NCBI GenBank assembly: GCA_016206665.1
Contig: JACQRC010000015.1
Span: forward strand, 118-64,117
Reading direction: 5' to 3'
DNA length: 64,000 nucleotides
From: Candidatus Omnitrophota bacterium
Lineage (GTDB): Bacteria > Omnitrophota > Gorgyraeia > Aquiviventales > JACQRC01
A model generated the notes under the pieces. It did no database searches. It was not told the origin of the DNA and worked only from the letters and a program-made list of their open reading frames with translations. Of the stretch, positions 1 through 8,570 are shown in pieces (position 1 is the stretch's first letter; every line of letters starts with the position of its first letter). The position numbers and the translations under genes are program-made.

Positions 1-1104
1 TTGGGCCATAACCACCCGGCGGTCCAAGAGGCGATCGGACGGCAACTGCGCGACGGCCTGTCGTTTTCGCTGATGCATCCGCTGGAAGTGGAGGTATCGG
101 AGCGTTTGCTCTCATCGGTGCCATGGGCTGAGATGATCCGGTTTGGCAAATCGGGTTCCGATGTGACCTCCATCGCCGTGCGATTGGCCCGCGCCTCCAC
201 CGGGCGGGAGATGGTCCTGCACTGCGGCTACCACGGCTGGCATGATTGGTACGTGGCCTCGACCAGCCGGCGGCGCGGCATTCCCGAGGCTGTCGCGGCC
301 CTGCAAGCAGCGTTTTCCTACAACGATCTGGAAGCGTTACGACAGTTGTTCAGGACGTTCCGCAACCAGGTGGCGGCGGTCATCATGGAGCCGTACATTG
401 TGACCGAGCCCGCCGCGGGCTTTCTGGAGGGCGTGCGTGAGCTCACCCACGCCAACGGCGCGCTGCTCGTCTTCGATGAGGTGGTCTCCGGCTTCAGGTA
501 TCGGTGGGGCGGTGCGTACGAGTTGTTTGGCGTGACACCGGATCTGATCTGTTTCGGCAAGGCCATAGCCAACGGGTTGCCCCTGTCGGCCATCGCTGGT
601 CCCTCGACGATCATGGAGCTGCTCGAGGATGAGGTGTTTTTCTCCATGACCTTTGGCGGCGAGACGCTGTCGCTCGCCGCCTGCGCCGCGACATTGGGTG
701 AACTGCGCAAGCCCGAGGCCTTCCAGCGCATGTGGCAGGTGGGTCGCCAGCTCCAGGAGGGGCTGCAGGCCCTCGTGGCCAGCTACGGGCTGCAAGCTCA
801 CGTGCAGTGCCTGGGCCGGCCCCCGCGAACGCTGGTGGTCTTCCGCGATCGAGAGGGGAAGGAATCGCTCGCCTTGAAGAGTTTATTCCAGCAGGAAGTC
901 CTCAAACGCGGCATTCTGTTCAACGGTCTCCAGTTGCCGTCGGCGGCCCATACCGAGGCGGACATCGAGCTCACGTTAGGGGCGTTTCAGGAGGCGTTGG
1001 CGATTCTCCGTGAAGCGGTGCAGGACGACAGTGCTGACCGGCGGCTGGAGGGCACGCCCATTCAGCCGGTCTTCCGGCCCTTGCTCCCTGTGGAGCAGCG
1101 GTAG
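1..1104 (+). CDS. Class-III PLP aminotransferase (glutamate-1-semialdehyde aminomutase-like); 5' end cut by window edge
   Basis: The frame is open from nt 1 to TAG 1102-1104, and the TTG at nt 1 is not a real start. Motifs GHNHP, KSGSDV, DEVVSGFR and FGKAIANG (PLP-lysine region) are typical of class-III aminotransferases. Confidence 0.8.
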   Translation: MGHNHPAVQEAIGRQLRDGLSFSLMHPLEVEVSERLLSSVPWAEMIRFGKSGSDVTSIAVRLARASTGREMVLHCGYHGWHDWYVASTSRRRGIPEAVAALQAAFSYNDLEALRQLFRTFRNQVAAVIMEPYIVTEPAAGFLEGVRELTHANGALLVFDEVVSGFRYRWGGAYELFGVTPDLICFGKAIANGLPLSAIAGPSTIMELLEDEVFFSMTFGGETLSLAACAATLGELRKPEAFQRMWQVGRQLQEGLQALVASYGLQAHVQCLGRPPRTLVVFRDREGKESLALKSLFQQEVLKRGILFNGLQLPSAAHTEADIELTLGAFQEALAILREAVQDDSADRRLEGTPIQPVFRPLLPVEQR

Positions 1105-1108
1105 CCTC

Positions 1109-2161
1109 ATGAACCAGCAGCTGACCATTGGCAAGCGTCCGATCGGACCGGGGCAGCCGTGCTTCATCATTGCGGAGGCCGGATCCAATCACAACGGACA
1201 ACTGGACACGGCGTTGGCGCTCATCGATAGCGCGGCGGAGTGCGGCGCGGATGCCGTGAAGTTTCAAACCTTCAACGTCGACCAGCTGGTGGCGCCGACA
1301 CGGCACCCGATCGCCCGTCTCTCGGACCAATTCGGTCAGTTTGGGCAGACCGTCTACGACATGTTCCAGAAGGTGCAGATGCCGCTGGAGTGGCTGCCGC
1401 AACTGTACGAACGCGCCACATCCCGCGGCCTCATCTTTCTGTCAACGCCGTTCGACGAGGCGAGCGTTGATCATCTGGAGCAGTTGGGAGTGCCGGGCTT
1501 CAAGGTCGCCTCCTACGAGATCGTCCATCTGCCCCTGTTGCGATATATCGCCAGCAAGCAGAAGCCCATCCTGCTGTCGACCGGCATGGCGGACTTGGGT
1601 GAGATCGAGGAGGCCCTGAAGGTGATTCATGCCGAAGGGAATGACCAAGTGGCACTCCTGCATTGTGCCATCGGCTATCCTGCCGCTCCCGAGCATGTGC
1701 ATCTGGCGGCGATGGAGACGCTGCGCCAGGCCTTTGGCCTGCCGGTGGGATTTTCCGACCATACGCTGGGCATTGCCGTGCCCCTGGCCGCGGTCGCCCG
1801 CGGGGCCTCGGTGATCGAAAAGCACTTCACGTTGGATGCCCGCGCTCAGGGGCCTGACCACAGCTTCGCGGCCGAGCCAGAGATATTGGCGCAGATGATT
1901 CAAGGTATCCGCGAAGTCGAACGCGCGATCGGTTCTCCTGAGAAACGTTGCCAGCCGAGCGAGGAGCTTCACTATCATCGGGGTCGTCGTGCCATCTTTG
2001 CGGCGGTGGATATCCCTGAAGGGATGCTCATTGCTCCGGAGATGCTGGCCATCCTGCGCCCTGGCGTCGGTCTCAAACCGAAGTTTTTCGACGTGCTGGT
2101 CGGTCGACGAGCCAAGCGAGCCATCCGGGCCTTTGATCCGGTTTCGTGGGATGATGTCTGA
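1109..2161 (+). CDS. NeuB/PseI/LegI-family nonulosonic-acid synthase, copy 1
   Basis: ATG 1109 lies 4 nt after the upstream stop; the track start 1010 is an upstream extension overlapping gene 1. Motifs FIIAEAGSNHNG, AVKFQTF, GFSDHTLG and VIEKHFTLD are present, plus a C-terminal SAF-like segment (IPEGMLIAPEMLAILRPG). Confidence 0.85.
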   Translation: MNQQLTIGKRPIGPGQPCFIIAEAGSNHNGQLDTALALIDSAAECGADAVKFQTFNVDQLVAPTRHPIARLSDQFGQFGQTVYDMFQKVQMPLEWLPQLYERATSRGLIFLSTPFDEASVDHLEQLGVPGFKVASYEIVHLPLLRYIASKQKPILLSTGMADLGEIEEALKVIHAEGNDQVALLHCAIGYPAAPEHVHLAAMETLRQAFGLPVGFSDHTLGIAVPLAAVARGASVIEKHFTLDARAQGPDHSFAAEPEILAQMIQGIREVERAIGSPEKRCQPSEELHYHRGRRAIFAAVDIPEGMLIAPEMLAILRPGVGLKPKFFDVLVGRRAKRAIRAFDPVSWDDV

Positions 2162-3233
2162 GATGGTCTCAAGACGGACAACGCGCAGCGGGGCGAGGGT
2201 CCTGATGAAGGTCGAAGGCGGCGGGCGTTTCGGCTTGGGGCATGTGGTGCGCTCTCTCGAGCTGGCGGCTGTGCTCAGGCGCTCCGGTGTCAGCATCGCG
2301 GGTTTTGCCTGCAATGACGATGCGGCCAGCCGGGCGAGGATTCGCGCCGCGGGCTATCCGTGTGACGTGTTGCCGATATCTCAGCGTGGAAGCTTGGTGC
2401 AGATGGTCGATCGCACCTCGGCGAATGCCATCGTGGTTGATCAACCGACTGACGCGGTGAGGGCATTCCGGGCATTACGGCGGGTACGACCCGGGCTGTT
2501 CTTGGCGGCGCTGGATCCTCCCGTGCCAGATGTGGCGGCCTTCGATGCGGTCATCACGCTGTTCCACCATGGGACGGCGCCACGCCCGGCCCGAACCACA
2601 GGCTATCACGAGGGAGTGGAGTTCGCCGTCCTTGGCTCGCAATTCTCCATGCGCCGCGCTCCACCGAACGGCCTCATAAAGGAGGTCAAAGAGATCTTGG
2701 TGTGCTTTGGCGGCACGGACCCGCAGCGGCTCACCGTGAAGGTCTTGCGTGCGCTGCAAAGAGGATTGCCAGGTACACCAACACTGCACATCGTGTTAGG
2801 GCCGGGATTGACCTTCGGCTCCGTAGTGCGGCAAGCGGCCCGTGACGGCGCCCTGCCGTATGAACTGCACACAGACGTCCATCTGATGTCCCGATTGATG
2901 GCCGGTTGCCAACTCGCCATTTGCAGCGGGGGCGCTACGCTGATGGAGCTCTGTTGCGTGGGATGTCCGGCGCTCGTCATCGCGCAGAATGAGGCCGAAG
3001 CGCGATTCGCCACCTATGTGAGCCGTCGGGGCGCCGCCCGCTACGTGGGGCCCGCGAGACGGGTGACAGAGCGAGAGATCCGCGCCGCGGTGCTGGCGAT
3101 GTGCGCAGCACCAGCCGTCCGACGGCGGCAGGCCGCACACGGCCAGCGACTCATTGATGGGCGCGGCACTCGGCGGACGGCGTCAATCCTGCTGAAGGAG
3201 TTGGAATGGAGTTTGCAAACACACAGTACCTGA
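2151..3233 (+). CDS. PseG/SpsG-like protein (GT-B fold, GT28 C-terminal domain; UDP-sugar hydrolase or transferase), copy 1
   Basis: N-terminal loop GGGRFGLGHVVRSLELA, CFGGTDP, and C-terminal SGGATLMELCCVGCPALVIAQNEAE resemble PseG/SpsG. The start is ambiguous among in-frame ATGs at 2151, 2154 and 2163. Confidence 0.7.
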   Translation: MMSEMVSRRTTRSGARVLMKVEGGGRFGLGHVVRSLELAAVLRRSGVSIAGFACNDDAASRARIRAAGYPCDVLPISQRGSLVQMVDRTSANAIVVDQPTDAVRAFRALRRVRPGLFLAALDPPVPDVAAFDAVITLFHHGTAPRPARTTGYHEGVEFAVLGSQFSMRRAPPNGLIKEVKEILVCFGGTDPQRLTVKVLRALQRGLPGTPTLHIVLGPGLTFGSVVRQAARDGALPYELHTDVHLMSRLMAGCQLAICSGGATLMELCCVGCPALVIAQNEAEARFATYVSRRGAARYVGPARRVTEREIRAAVLAMCAAPAVRRRQAAHGQRLIDGRGTRRTASILLKELEWSLQTHST

Positions 3234-4297
3234 CGCTGAACGGAAAGCGGGCGGTGGCGGACGGCGCTCACCGTGTTCCAAGCTACCAAGAGGCAAAAGG
3301 GCTGCCACCGCTGGTCGTAGACGATCTCTTACGGGTCCACTCGTTTCCCGAGAACCTCGCGCTCCTTGAGCGCTACCGACAGGAGGGCTATCAGCTGGTG
3401 CCGATCCGGCGTCGGCCGGAGCAAGAGCGACCCACCGACTCGCGATTTCCCGGTCGCATCCTGCTCGAGATTACGAGCAAGTGCAACATGAACTGCGTCA
3501 TGTGCCCACGGACGGCCCTGCGGCGGCCTCAACTCCACATGCCGAAGGACGTGGTGCTGCGCTGCATCGATGAGATTCACGCCCACGGTGTTGACGGCCT
3601 CTGGCTGTACAACCTCGGTGAGTCGACGTTGCATCCCCACTTCAAGGAGATCGTTGACTACTGCCATCAGAAGCACCTCGGATCGCTCTGGCTCAGCACC
3701 AACGGCCAGCACATCCCTGAGGAGATCATGGACACTCTCTTCCGCTCCCCGCTGACCTTTTTGAACTACTCGCTCAACGCCATGCGCGCGGAGACGTACC
3801 GTCTCATTTGTCCCACTGGCGACTACGACCGCCTCGTGGCGAATCTCGAACGGCTGTTGGCGAAGAAACGGTCCCAGGGGCGGATGGGCACACCGCCGTG
3901 GATCCGGATCCAGATGATCGAGCAGGCGCAGGTGGCTTCGGAGATTGATTGGTTCCTGACGAACTACGCGACGAAAGGTGAGCTGTTGAGCGTTAACGTG
4001 CTGGAAGCCTTCAACGAGAGTGTCGCCCAAAATGTGGGCTACGCCCAGTGTCGCGAACGGCGGCAGCGGACCCACTGCAATCGCATCGAACGCGGTGACT
4101 GCTTCATCTTTGCGGACGGGGAGGTCTCGTTCTGCGACACGGACTTTAATCACGAGATGTCCATCGGCAACGTCCATGACGCCGCGATCGAAGAAATCTG
4201 GAACGGCGGCCGCCACCGGCACTACACGTCGCTGAACGCGGCGGGCCGGCTGGATGAGGTCCCCATGTGCCGACAGTGCCTGGACTACGACTTGTAA
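3206..4297 (+). CDS. Radical SAM enzyme with C-terminal SPASM/twitch-like Cys cluster, type-1 copy A
   Basis: CxxxCxxC cluster in ITSKCNMNCVMCPR. C-terminal Cys-rich region is CNRIERGDCFIFADGEVSFCDTD...PMCRQCLDY. AAGGAG lies about 7 nt upstream of ATG 3206. It is clearly alignable by eye to the gene at 20447. Confidence 0.8.
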   Translation: MEFANTQYLTLNGKRAVADGAHRVPSYQEAKGLPPLVVDDLLRVHSFPENLALLERYRQEGYQLVPIRRRPEQERPTDSRFPGRILLEITSKCNMNCVMCPRTALRRPQLHMPKDVVLRCIDEIHAHGVDGLWLYNLGESTLHPHFKEIVDYCHQKHLGSLWLSTNGQHIPEEIMDTLFRSPLTFLNYSLNAMRAETYRLICPTGDYDRLVANLERLLAKKRSQGRMGTPPWIRIQMIEQAQVASEIDWFLTNYATKGELLSVNVLEAFNESVAQNVGYAQCRERRQRTHCNRIERGDCFIFADGEVSFCDTDFNHEMSIGNVHDAAIEEIWNGGRHRHYTSLNAAGRLDEVPMCRQCLDYDL

Positions 4298-4311
4298 CGG
4301 GGGAGGAGAGC

Positions 4312-5169
4312 ATGCGCGCGGTTCCTGAGGCAGCTCTACAGCAACATCTCAAGGAGTTGCGCGTCTATGGCTATACCCGCATTGAGCAATTTCTTGACAC
4401 GGCAGAGGTGCAGCGGCTCAAGGCCTTGGTGACCCGGTCTTATGAGGCGACCCGCCAGCTCCAGTATGCCGGCAGGCCCAACCGGGACGCCGCGGATCAG
4501 GTGGTCTATAATTTGCAGAACAAGGACAAGTATTTCATCGACATCCTGGATGACCCATTCATCAGCCGGGTGCTCATGACCATGTTGAACGATCCCTACT
4601 ACCGATTCTTGCCGTCCGATGTCCCCAATTACATCTTGAGCTACTATAATGCGCGGTCCAGCGGCGAGCGGCTCGATCTGCATATTGATTCGGTGATTCC
4701 CGCGCCGGGCGAGCGGACCTGGGCGATGCAAATCGCTTTTGTGCTGGATGACCAGACGCCCGAAAACGGCTGTACCGTCGTGGTGCCTGGTTCCCATCTA
4801 TCGGGCGCCTACACCGACCGAAGCCTGCAGAAGCTCGAGCCCATTCGGGCCCAGGCCGGGGATCTCGTCATGTGGGACAGCCGCCTATGGCATGGGACGA
4901 CGGCCAATGCGTCGGGACGGCCCCGCTGGGCGCTGATTGCCACCTTCGTCATGTGGTGGGTCAAGCAGACCATGCAGATCACCAGATCCCTGCCGGACGC
5001 GATGTACCAAACCCTGACCGACCGCCAAAAAGCCCTGCTGGGTTTTTGCGCCATTCCGCCTGTGGATGAAACGCAGCGCATCAACACCAAGTGCGGTTAC
5101 GACGCACTGTTGCCATCCGTAGAGGATTATCATCGTTGTCAGACGGCCCCATCGGCGGTCGAGGACTGA
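4312..5169 (+). CDS. Phytanoyl-CoA dioxygenase (PhyH)-family Fe(II)/2-oxoglutarate oxygenase
   Basis: ATG 4312 is directly preceded by GGGAGGAGAG. An HxD...H pattern (LDLHIDSVIP ... RLWHGTTAN) and the overall length fit the PhyH family. The track start 4267 is a less likely upstream extension. Confidence 0.75.
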   Translation: MRAVPEAALQQHLKELRVYGYTRIEQFLDTAEVQRLKALVTRSYEATRQLQYAGRPNRDAADQVVYNLQNKDKYFIDILDDPFISRVLMTMLNDPYYRFLPSDVPNYILSYYNARSSGERLDLHIDSVIPAPGERTWAMQIAFVLDDQTPENGCTVVVPGSHLSGAYTDRSLQKLEPIRAQAGDLVMWDSRLWHGTTANASGRPRWALIATFVMWWVKQTMQITRSLPDAMYQTLTDRQKALLGFCAIPPVDETQRINTKCGYDALLPSVEDYHRCQTAPSAVED

Positions 5170-5177
5170 GCGATCTC

Positions 5178-6413
5178 ATGCCGCAAACGAAACAGCGTCT
5201 GCTCATCTTGGGAGCCGGCGTCTATCAGATGCCGGCCATCGCCACCGCGAAGGCGCTGGGACTTCAGGTGATTGCGGTAGACGCGAACCCCGTGGCGCCC
5301 GGCTTCACCTTGGCAGATGTCTCCCGCGTCGTTGATGTGCGTGACATCGCCGGATGTCTCAAGGTCGCCAGAGGATTTCAGGTGGATGGGGTCGTATCCA
5401 TTTGCACGGAATCGGCCGTGGCCACGGTGGCGGCACTGGCGGAGGAACTGGGATTGCCCGGCGTCAGCCGCGCGGCCGCGCAAGCCGCCACGGATAAATT
5501 TGTGATGCGCAGCAGATGGGCCGCCACCGGATTGCCGGGGCCGGCCTTCGCTCAGGCAAGCACCCTCGCCGAGGCCGTGCCGGCGGCGCGAGAGATCGGC
5601 TATCCCGTGGTGGTCAAACCCGTTGACAACGCGGGCAGCCGCGGCGTCTCTCGGATCGACGTGGAGAGTGCACTGCCGGCGGCGTTCGACCGGGCGCTGA
5701 GCCAGTCGCTCAGCCGACGAGTGATCCTTGAGGAGTTCATGGATGGCGTCGAGGCAACGGTAGAATCCTTTACCTGGCAGGGGAAGACGCAGGTATTGGC
5801 GATGTCGGAGAAGGTGCGCATCCCGTTTCCCGCCTGCGTCTCAATCAGTCTGAGCTATCCACCGAGCTTTGCTGCCGAAGTCCAGCAGGCCATTCAGCAG
5901 GTGGTATGCCGGGCCATCAAGGCCTTGGGGATTGACCAGGGACCCACCCACACAGAAGTTCTGGTCACGTCTCGCGGGATCAAGCTGGTCGAGCTCGCCG
6001 CGCGCGGCGGCGGATTCGGCATTGTTCATCAGATCGTGCCGATCGTCTCAGGTGTCGATCTAGTTCGGGCCACGATTCAGGTGGCACTGGGATTGCAGCC
6101 GGACATAACACCGCAGTACGCCAGGGCGGCCGTCCTGCGCTTTTTCCAGCCGCAGGCCTTCGGAACCGTGCGCAGGATCCGCGGCGTCGAGGACGCAAAG
6201 CGGATGGAGGGGATCGTCGAGGTCGTGATGGAGGTCAAGCCGGGGCAGTTGCTGGGGCCCATTACGCGCGACGGCGAACGGCCGGGCTACTTGATCGCCT
6301 CGGCGCCGACGCGCGAGCTGGCCTTGCAGTATGCGGATGCCGCGGAACGTGCGGTTCGTTTCGAGGTCGTCGCCGCCGAACAGGCGACGGCCGGCGCGGC
6401 GGGCCGGCCATGA
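5178..6413 (+). CDS. ATP-grasp family ligase
   Basis: ATG 5178 comes after an 8-nt spacer. There is an N-terminal Rossmann-like RLLILGAGVYQ, then GYPVVVKPVDNAGSRGV, LEEFMDG and VELAARGGG, which are typical ATP-grasp elements. Confidence 0.8.
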   Translation: MPQTKQRLLILGAGVYQMPAIATAKALGLQVIAVDANPVAPGFTLADVSRVVDVRDIAGCLKVARGFQVDGVVSICTESAVATVAALAEELGLPGVSRAAAQAATDKFVMRSRWAATGLPGPAFAQASTLAEAVPAAREIGYPVVVKPVDNAGSRGVSRIDVESALPAAFDRALSQSLSRRVILEEFMDGVEATVESFTWQGKTQVLAMSEKVRIPFPACVSISLSYPPSFAAEVQQAIQQVVCRAIKALGIDQGPTHTEVLVTSRGIKLVELAARGGGFGIVHQIVPIVSGVDLVRATIQVALGLQPDITPQYARAAVLRFFQPQAFGTVRRIRGVEDAKRMEGIVEVVMEVKPGQLLGPITRDGERPGYLIASAPTRELALQYADAAERAVRFEVVAAEQATAGAAGRP

Positions 6414-7195
6414 TCATTGACGGCCACACGCATATTCATCCGCACGCGGACGGCTGGGGGGGCCGGTATGACGCGTCGCTGGCGACGCTGGTCGAAGCTT
6501 TGACCCAAGGGCCTGTCCAGCGGGCGGTGGTGTTGCCGATCGCGCCGAAGGTGTCGAACGATTTCATCGCCGAAAGCTGTCGCCGTTATCCAGACCAGCT
6601 GATCGGTTTCGCGTCGGTGGATCCCATGGCAGCGACGGCGGGGATCGAGGAACTGGAGCGGGCCGTGGGCCAGCTGAAGCTGAAGGGGTTGAAGCTGCAT
6701 CCCCGTCTCCAGGGCTTCGGACGCAACGAATATACGCAGCTGGTGCCGCTGATTCAGCGGGCGGCTCGCCTCAACGTGCCGGTGCTCATTGACGCCTTTC
6801 CCTACGGCAAAGAGCTCTTCGAGACGCGGGCGGTGGAGCTCATCAATGCGCTGGCGGAGGCGGTGCCCGATGCCAACCTGATCATGGCGCACGCCGGCGG
6901 CTACCAGCTGTTTGAGGCTTTCCTGGTGGCCAAGGCGCACCGCAACGTCTTTCTGGACATCTCCTATACGCTGCCCTATTTTCGCGGCAGCTCGATCGAG
7001 ACCGATCTGGGATTCGTCATCCGGAAGATGCATGCGCAGCGCATCATCTACGGTTCAGATCATCCAGAACAGCCCTTGGCCGCGGCCTTCACGGAGACGC
7101 GGGTGGTACTTGAGCGGTACGGTCTGACACCGAAGCAGATGGATGCCGTCCTCGGAGAGAACCTCGCCCCGCTGGTGAATGGGGTCAGTCTATGA
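6410..7195 (+). CDS. Amidohydrolase_2-type metal-dependent TIM-barrel hydrolase/decarboxylase
   Basis: ATGA overlap with the upstream stop. The N-terminal metal site is MIIDGHTHIHPH, with later LKLHP, MAHAGG and YGSDHP. Confidence 0.7.
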   Translation: MIIDGHTHIHPHADGWGGRYDASLATLVEALTQGPVQRAVVLPIAPKVSNDFIAESCRRYPDQLIGFASVDPMAATAGIEELERAVGQLKLKGLKLHPRLQGFGRNEYTQLVPLIQRAARLNVPVLIDAFPYGKELFETRAVELINALAEAVPDANLIMAHAGGYQLFEAFLVAKAHRNVFLDISYTLPYFRGSSIETDLGFVIRKMHAQRIIYGSDHPEQPLAAAFTETRVVLERYGLTPKQMDAVLGENLAPLVNGVSL

Positions 7196-7815
7196 CGCCG
7201 CAAGAACGGACGGAGACGGTCAAACGCTACGCCGACCGGCAGGCCCGGTGGGGTGCGACGGCGCAGACGTTGGGGTGGCGGGATGCGGCCCAGCAGGCCT
7301 TGCGCTTTGCCGTGCTCGCGGAGGTCGGCGACCTGAGCGGTCGGTCGGTCCTCGACGTTGGCTGTGGCTTTGGCGATTTTTATGGCTACCTGCTCGCGCA
7401 AGGCAGGCGGCCGTCATTGTACGTGGGGGTGGATGTTGCGCCCAGTCTCCTGCAGGTGGCGCGCGAGCGGCACCCGGGCATCCGGTTTGAAGAGCGGGAC
7501 ATTGTGACCCAGCCGATGGCCGAGCAGTTTGACTACGTCGTCGAATCGGGCGTGCTCAACCACCGCCTGCAGGATAATGAGCAGGCCGCGCGGGCAATGT
7601 TGGAAGCCATGTACCGTCTGAGCCGGCGAGGCATGGCCGCCAACCTCATGAGCTTCCAGGTCGATTACACGGAACCGCATTTGTACTATTACGACCCGGA
7701 AGCCACGATGCGCTATTGCAGAACCTTGAGCCGGTTCGTCACGCTCCGTCATGACTATCCACTTTACGAGTTCACGATCTATCTCTATCGCCAACCGCTG
7801 GGGGGTGCGCAGTGA
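7192..7815 (+). CDS. Class-I SAM-dependent methyltransferase (1 of 7)
   Basis: ATGA overlap. Motif I is SVLDVGCGFGDF, with the acidic post-I residue in YVGVDVAP. Confidence 0.75.
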   Translation: MTPQERTETVKRYADRQARWGATAQTLGWRDAAQQALRFAVLAEVGDLSGRSVLDVGCGFGDFYGYLLAQGRRPSLYVGVDVAPSLLQVARERHPGIRFEERDIVTQPMAEQFDYVVESGVLNHRLQDNEQAARAMLEAMYRLSRRGMAANLMSFQVDYTEPHLYYYDPEATMRYCRTLSRFVTLRHDYPLYEFTIYLYRQPLGGAQ

Positions 7816-8570
7816 ACGTGGCGGGAACCATCGTCCAGTATCTGCGGCGTAACCGGGTCTCCACGACCGAGGTTGCCGACGCCTTGGGCAAAACGGGTGT
7901 GTTGCCCGGCCTATTACCCATCACCCCCCACGAGTTTAGAGTGGGGAGGGCTCGCTGCATCTTTACCGCACACGATTCCAATCATGACCTGCATGACCAG
8001 ATTCGGCAGGTGCGCGAGGGCGACGTGGTCATCGTCTTCGCCCACGCCTGCGAGGGGCGCGCCCTGTTGGGAGATCTCGTGGCCCGGTATCTGCTGCTCT
8101 ACCGAGGCGCCGAGGCCCTGGTGGTTGACGGACTGGTGCGCGATGCCGCCCGCTTGCGTCGGGAGCGCTATCCGGTGTGGGCGCGCGGGGCAACTCCGCT
8201 GGGCTGCCATAATGTACCGGCTGCGCCGTTTCCGGCGGAGCAGGCAGCCGCCCTGCGTCGGGCGATGGATGGTGGGATCGCCATCTGTGACGACGGTGGG
8301 GTCACCGTCATCGGAGCTCATCAGCTCACGACAGACATCTTGGAGCGCTTAAAACTGATCGAGCTCCAGGAAGACATCTGGTATTACTGCCTCAACACTC
8401 TCAAATGGGATACCAAGCGCATTGTCTGTGACAAGGAGTATCTCAAACAGCGCGAGCTGCTGCCGCCCGCCTACCGCGACCGCTTCGATCAAGGCGGACA
8501 GCCGCTGAAGGCGGTGCGATCGAAGGGCTCTCGAGCAGCCAAGCAGCTCGTGAAGAGCCGCTCACCATGA
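7812..8570 (+). CDS. RraA-like protein (4-hydroxy-4-methyl-2-oxoglutarate aldolase / oxaloacetate decarboxylase family) with C-terminal extension
   Basis: GTG 7812 sits in a GTGA overlap. The core GDVVIVFAHACEGRALLGDLVARYLLLYRGAEALVVDGLVRDAARL...PVWARGATP matches the RraA-fold pattern. An extra tail of about 90 aa is not typical. Confidence 0.6.
   Translation: MNVAGTIVQYLRRNRVSTTEVADALGKTGVLPGLLPITPHEFRVGRARCIFTAHDSNHDLHDQIRQVREGDVVIVFAHACEGRALLGDLVARYLLLYRGAEALVVDGLVRDAARLRRERYPVWARGATPLGCHNVPAAPFPAEQAAALRRAMDGGIAICDDGGVTVIGAHQLTTDILERLKLIELQEDIWYYCLNTLKWDTKRIVCDKEYLKQRELLPPAYRDRFDQGGQPLKAVRSKGSRAAKQLVKSRSP

Noticed and set aside
3206-4297. Radical SAM/SPASM genes as markers of a RiPP (peptide natural product) cluster
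   Set aside because: No small precursor-like ORF, leader-peptidase, RiPP recognition element gene or exporter lies next to any of the three rSAM genes. Their immediate neighbours are sugar enzymes (NeuB-, PseG-, GT2- and methyltransferase-like). A sugar or lipid substrate is more parsimonious, though this is not proven.
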